IMG/VR virus record: IMGVR_UViG_3300005095_000540
Strand: one strand, 5' to 3'
Origin: a virus
DNA: 49,767 nt
This document shows positions 46,731 through 49,767 of the stretch, piece after piece (positions within the stretch are counted from its first letter, which is position 1; the number at the start of each line of letters is the position of its first letter). The translations under genes and the position numbers were made by a program. The notes under the pieces were generated by a model. That model ran no database searches and was not told the origin of the DNA. It saw only the letters and a program-made list of their open reading frames with translations.

Positions 46731-47456
46731 TTATCTTGGGTTTAGGGCTAGTATTATTAGTGCCATTATTATTATTAGTGTTGATATGAATCCGGCTACT
46801 AGGGGGTTTATGCCTAGGGCTGTCATGAGCGGTGTGTAGATTATTGCTATTGCTATTGCTCCTATGCTCCCTGTCTTGATATCTCCTCGGAGAATTATGC
46901 CTATTAAGGGTGCAAATATTGCTATGCTCATTAGTATCGGTATTAGTGGGGATATGCTAGACAGGCTCGATATATCACCTATTTTTTCCAGTTGTTTCTT
47001 GACGGCGTAGACTCCTAGGTAGTTGCCGTTTATTGTTATGTTTACTACTATGTAGCTGTACGTGGTGTTGAACCCGGTTGTTACTAGCCATGTCGTGTTG
47101 TCTTCGGCTAGGTATGTCTGGTATTGCTTGATCATGGTGCCGTTGGGGTAGCTGAGCCTTATTGTGAGGTTTGCGCCGTTGGGTTCTAGGGTTGTGGCTA
47201 GTATGTAGGCTCCTGTGTCGTTGTAGATTATCACGAGGTTTGTGAGGCTTGTATTTATCTGTTGTAGTGGTGGGATGCATATGTAGGCTCCGCTACCGGT
47301 TATGTTGTACATGAAGCTGTTTGGTGGGCAGGTTATGTTTTCGGGTATTGGGTTTGTGTAGGGTGTTGGTGTGTAGGTTAGGCTGGTGTCGGCTAGGGCT
47401 GGTGGGGTTATGGCTAGTAGTGCTAGGAGTACTAGTATGGCTGGTGTTTTAATCAT
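46731..47456 (-). CDS. Secreted glycoprotein with signal peptide and three C-terminal TM helices, putative virion protein
   Basis: MIKTPAILVLLALLAITPPALA leader, many N-x-T/S sequons, hydrophobic C-terminus. Confidence 0.8.
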   Translation of the reverse strand: MIKTPAILVLLALLAITPPALADTSLTYTPTPYTNPIPENITCPPNSFMYNITGSGAYICIPPLQQINTSLTNLVIIYNDTGAYILATTLEPNGANLTIRLSYPNGTMIKQYQTYLAEDNTTWLVTTGFNTTYSYIVVNITINGNYLGVYAVKKQLEKIGDISSLSSISPLIPILMSIAIFAPLIGIILRGDIKTGSIGAIAIAIIYTPLMTALGINPLVAGFISTLIIIMALIILALNPR

Positions 47457-47521
47457 TTCTGTCTCTCCTCCATTGTATATTATTGTTTCCTGGGATTATT
47501 TATTGGTGGTTAGTGTTTTTC

Positions 47522-47539
47522 TCCGATTCTAGAATCGGA
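47522..47539. promoter_or_regulatory. Perfect 18-bp palindrome, candidate operator
   Basis: TCCGATTCTAGAATCGGA, between divergent virion-type genes. Confidence 0.55.
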
Positions 47540-47604
47540 TGTAGACGGGTCACAAATAAATATTCTATATTCAGAAAAACAATGCGAAAGAAGAAAAATG
47601 GAAG

Positions 47605-47907
47605 GTGTATGGAATGGGCCTCATAAATGAATTAAAGCCTACAATCGTCGCCCTCATAATCGGTGTCGTACTAGTATTCGTTGGAATGACCGCCGCAACA
47701 ATAACTGGTGGCGTAGGCTATTATGTAGTGGACACGCTGAACAAGTCAGTAAGCGGCATCATACCGGCAAGCATCAACATGTTCAACCCGAACACCATCA
47801 CGCTAATGGGCAACGTCTTCATGTTCGCCGGAATAATCGGCGCAGTAGTCTTCATCATAAAGGCGCTCTGGAACAGCGTACAGGAGATCAAAGCCACAAC
47901 CGAGTAA
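47605..47907 (+). CDS. Candidate major capsid protein (two hydrophobic helices, spindle-virus-like)
   Basis: Hydrophobic hairpin with an NKS sequon in the loop; stand-alone gene with its own AT-rich upstream region and a T-run downstream; probable start MGLINEL. Confidence 0.65.
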   Translation: MYGMGLINELKPTIVALIIGVVLVFVGMTAATITGGVGYYVVDTLNKSVSGIIPASINMFNPNTITLMGNVFMFAGIIGAVVFIIKALWNSVQEIKATTE

Positions 47908-48055
47908 CCACAACAATAACGCCGTACATGCCAGTACCGAAGCAAAATATTTTTTAAACACATCCCCAGCCCGTTTCTCTCCTCTCCTCCCTCGGCCACA
48001 CCCCCTACATTATAACCCTTCCCCAGCCATTATAGTATTAGTAGGGGGAGCCCGT

Positions 48056-48463
48056 GTGAGCATGGAGGACATCGACCTTATACGGCAGGCTACAGGTTCA
48101 ATGTTCATCTACACCTATATCCTGTTGAAGGATAATGTCAGTATCCCGGCGAAGGAGGCCGCCAAAAGACTGTTGCTGGTGTTCCTAGACCAGGTTCTGA
48201 GCAAGAAGAAGGTAGAGGAGGCATTGAAGGAGACCGCTAAGTTCATGGAGTGGATGAGGTACCCAGCACCTGATCTACATAGGCTTAGAGATGATAGGCG
48301 TCGGATACATGATAGTGCACGACAGATAGTCATAGAATATCTCCGCCGTGGGGAGGATGAGGATGTCTTAGAGTATTATCGTCGTGTGGGATTGTTTATT
48401 ACTCGGTTGCTCGTCTATTACCGTCTAAGCAGTGATGAATTATTGTTGGAGATGATGATATGA
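48056..48463 (+). CDS. Hypothetical helical protein
   Basis: 135 aa, GGGGGAG RBS. Confidence 0.7.
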   Translation: MSMEDIDLIRQATGSMFIYTYILLKDNVSIPAKEAAKRLLLVFLDQVLSKKKVEEALKETAKFMEWMRYPAPDLHRLRDDRRRIHDSARQIVIEYLRRGEDEDVLEYYRRVGLFITRLLVYYRLSSDELLLEMMI

Positions 48464-49686
48464 TGCGTGTACTAGTCCTTAGTGATTGCCCGTTTATACC
48501 GAATAGTCTCGGTAAGATAGTACGGTATATCACGGCCGGGTTTATGGATGCTGGGCATGAGGTAATCAATGTCTGTCCGGCCGCCTACACCACGCTTGAC
48601 AGGCGATGTGTAGAGTACCGGTGGAGGGAGTATGTGTTCAAATGCTGTCCTTGGAGCGGGTCTCTCAAGTACTACGTGGACACCTTTAGGCCGGACACGA
48701 TATTCTTGTTCGGAACACCCTACAGCCCCCCGCTCAATGAAGCATTGCAGGAGTGCTATGAGAACAGGTGGCACTGTGTAGGTTATTTTGATAATGAGAG
48801 TATCTGGCTCATACCCGAGTACGGCTTACATGCGGCGAACGTTGTGGCTTTTGCCGCTCCCACGGGCTTCACGTTATCCACGTTTATACACAGCCTGACG
48901 GCGTCTGGGATATCGTACAAGGTGTTAGAGGAACGGACGAAGATAATCTATCACGGTGTGGATCCCGACATGTATCGTGGTGGGGAGCGTCTCCTGCCAT
49001 GGGATAAGCTGGTCTACGGGTTCTTCGGCAAGAACCATATACGGAAAAACCTCGGCGTACTCATAGACGCGTATGCACAGGCATGTATAACGGATAAGCG
49101 GTTCATGGAGGACACGGCTCTCTATCTAGCCTATATCGGGTTCGCCGGGGACAACACATGGAACATCGACTTGTTGCTTAGCCTTGCAAGGCTCCAATAT
49201 GGCATAGACATATCCCATAATCTATATACATTAATAGATCATGAGATAAGGGTCGGCGTACCAGAGTCTAGTGTAGCGAAAATCTATAAGAGCATAGACG
49301 TGTTCGTGTTTCCGAGCGAGGGAGAAGCGTTCGGGCTCCCCCCGATCGAGTACCTCGCCGGTGGTGAGGGCCCAGTAATAGTGTCTAGGCACCCGGCTCT
49401 CAAGGAGATATGGCACGACGTCCTAGATGTGCCTCTGGAGTTCCTTGTGGATGGATGGGATTATGCCGTGGGTGATGCACTAGTATTGTTCCACCCTGAT
49501 CCCAAACACTTGTCCGAGATAATGCTCAGGCTCTACTATGAGCCAGATACTAGGCGGGCGTTACGGGAGAAGCAGGAGGGGGCCCTAGATTATTTCACGG
49601 TTAGACGAATGGTTAGCGAGATGAATGGCTTCCTTGAGGAGAGCATGAACTACCGGGAGCCATTGAGTCTGGCGGGTAAGCAATAG
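48460..49686 (+). CDS. GT-B fold glycosyltransferase (GT4-like)
   Basis: IIYHGVD, GKNHIRKNL, DVFVFPSEGEAFGLPPIEYLA. Confidence 0.92.
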   Translation: MMRVLVLSDCPFIPNSLGKIVRYITAGFMDAGHEVINVCPAAYTTLDRRCVEYRWREYVFKCCPWSGSLKYYVDTFRPDTIFLFGTPYSPPLNEALQECYENRWHCVGYFDNESIWLIPEYGLHAANVVAFAAPTGFTLSTFIHSLTASGISYKVLEERTKIIYHGVDPDMYRGGERLLPWDKLVYGFFGKNHIRKNLGVLIDAYAQACITDKRFMEDTALYLAYIGFAGDNTWNIDLLLSLARLQYGIDISHNLYTLIDHEIRVGVPESSVAKIYKSIDVFVFPSEGEAFGLPPIEYLAGGEGPVIVSRHPALKEIWHDVLDVPLEFLVDGWDYAVGDALVLFHPDPKHLSEIMLRLYYEPDTRRALREKQEGALDYFTVRRMVSEMNGFLEESMNYREPLSLAGKQ

Positions 49687-49767
49687 TATCACGTTATAAA
49701 TGTTTTATGCATATATATTTTGTTATGAGGGAGGTGTATGTGTTTTGGGGCCTAGCGGAGCCGATAT

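Noticed and set aside
1-49767. Provirus features (tyrosine integrase, tRNA/att site) and RNA genes
   Set aside because: No R-H-R-Y integrase pattern, tRNA cloverleaf or rRNA sequence recognised by eye; a tRNAscan or Infernal run would settle it.

Overview
The window looks like most or all of a ~49.8 kb archaeal virus or extrachromosomal element, probably from a hyperthermophilic Thermoproteota host. The host is inferred from GGTGA-type ribosome-binding sites, BRE/TATA-like promoters and RHH/AbrB regulators. Putative virion genes are several small two-helix hydrophobic proteins resembling spindle-virus capsid proteins, a tandem DUF2341-like adhesin, a P-loop ATPase and a GT4 glycosyltransferase. 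A recombination/repair block encodes two SF2 helicases, a RecA/RadB-like ATPase, Cas4 and an OB-fold SSB. Also present are two DNA methyltransferases, a serine resolvase with a candidate res site, a radical SAM enzyme, PD-(D/E)XK nucleases and many orphan micro-ORFs. I recognise no DNA polymerase, MCM, Orc1/Cdc6, integrase, tRNA or true CRISPR array. The most striking part is the ~2 kb non-coding centre, 24.77-26.84 kb. It begins with a 14-unit array of 28-bp period built from two alternating short motifs (TTGAAAACA and TAAACA) separated by unique 6- and 7-nt segments. The array closes an operon that also encodes an apparently nuclease-less IS110/Nop-fold-like protein, making this a candidate TIGR-Tas-like RNA-guided system with non-standard geometry. 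The array is followed by five archaeal ORB boxes (TCCAGTGGAAA) in AT-rich DNA, a host-type origin on an element with no visible initiator. All family assignments are motif recognition by eye; no database search was run.
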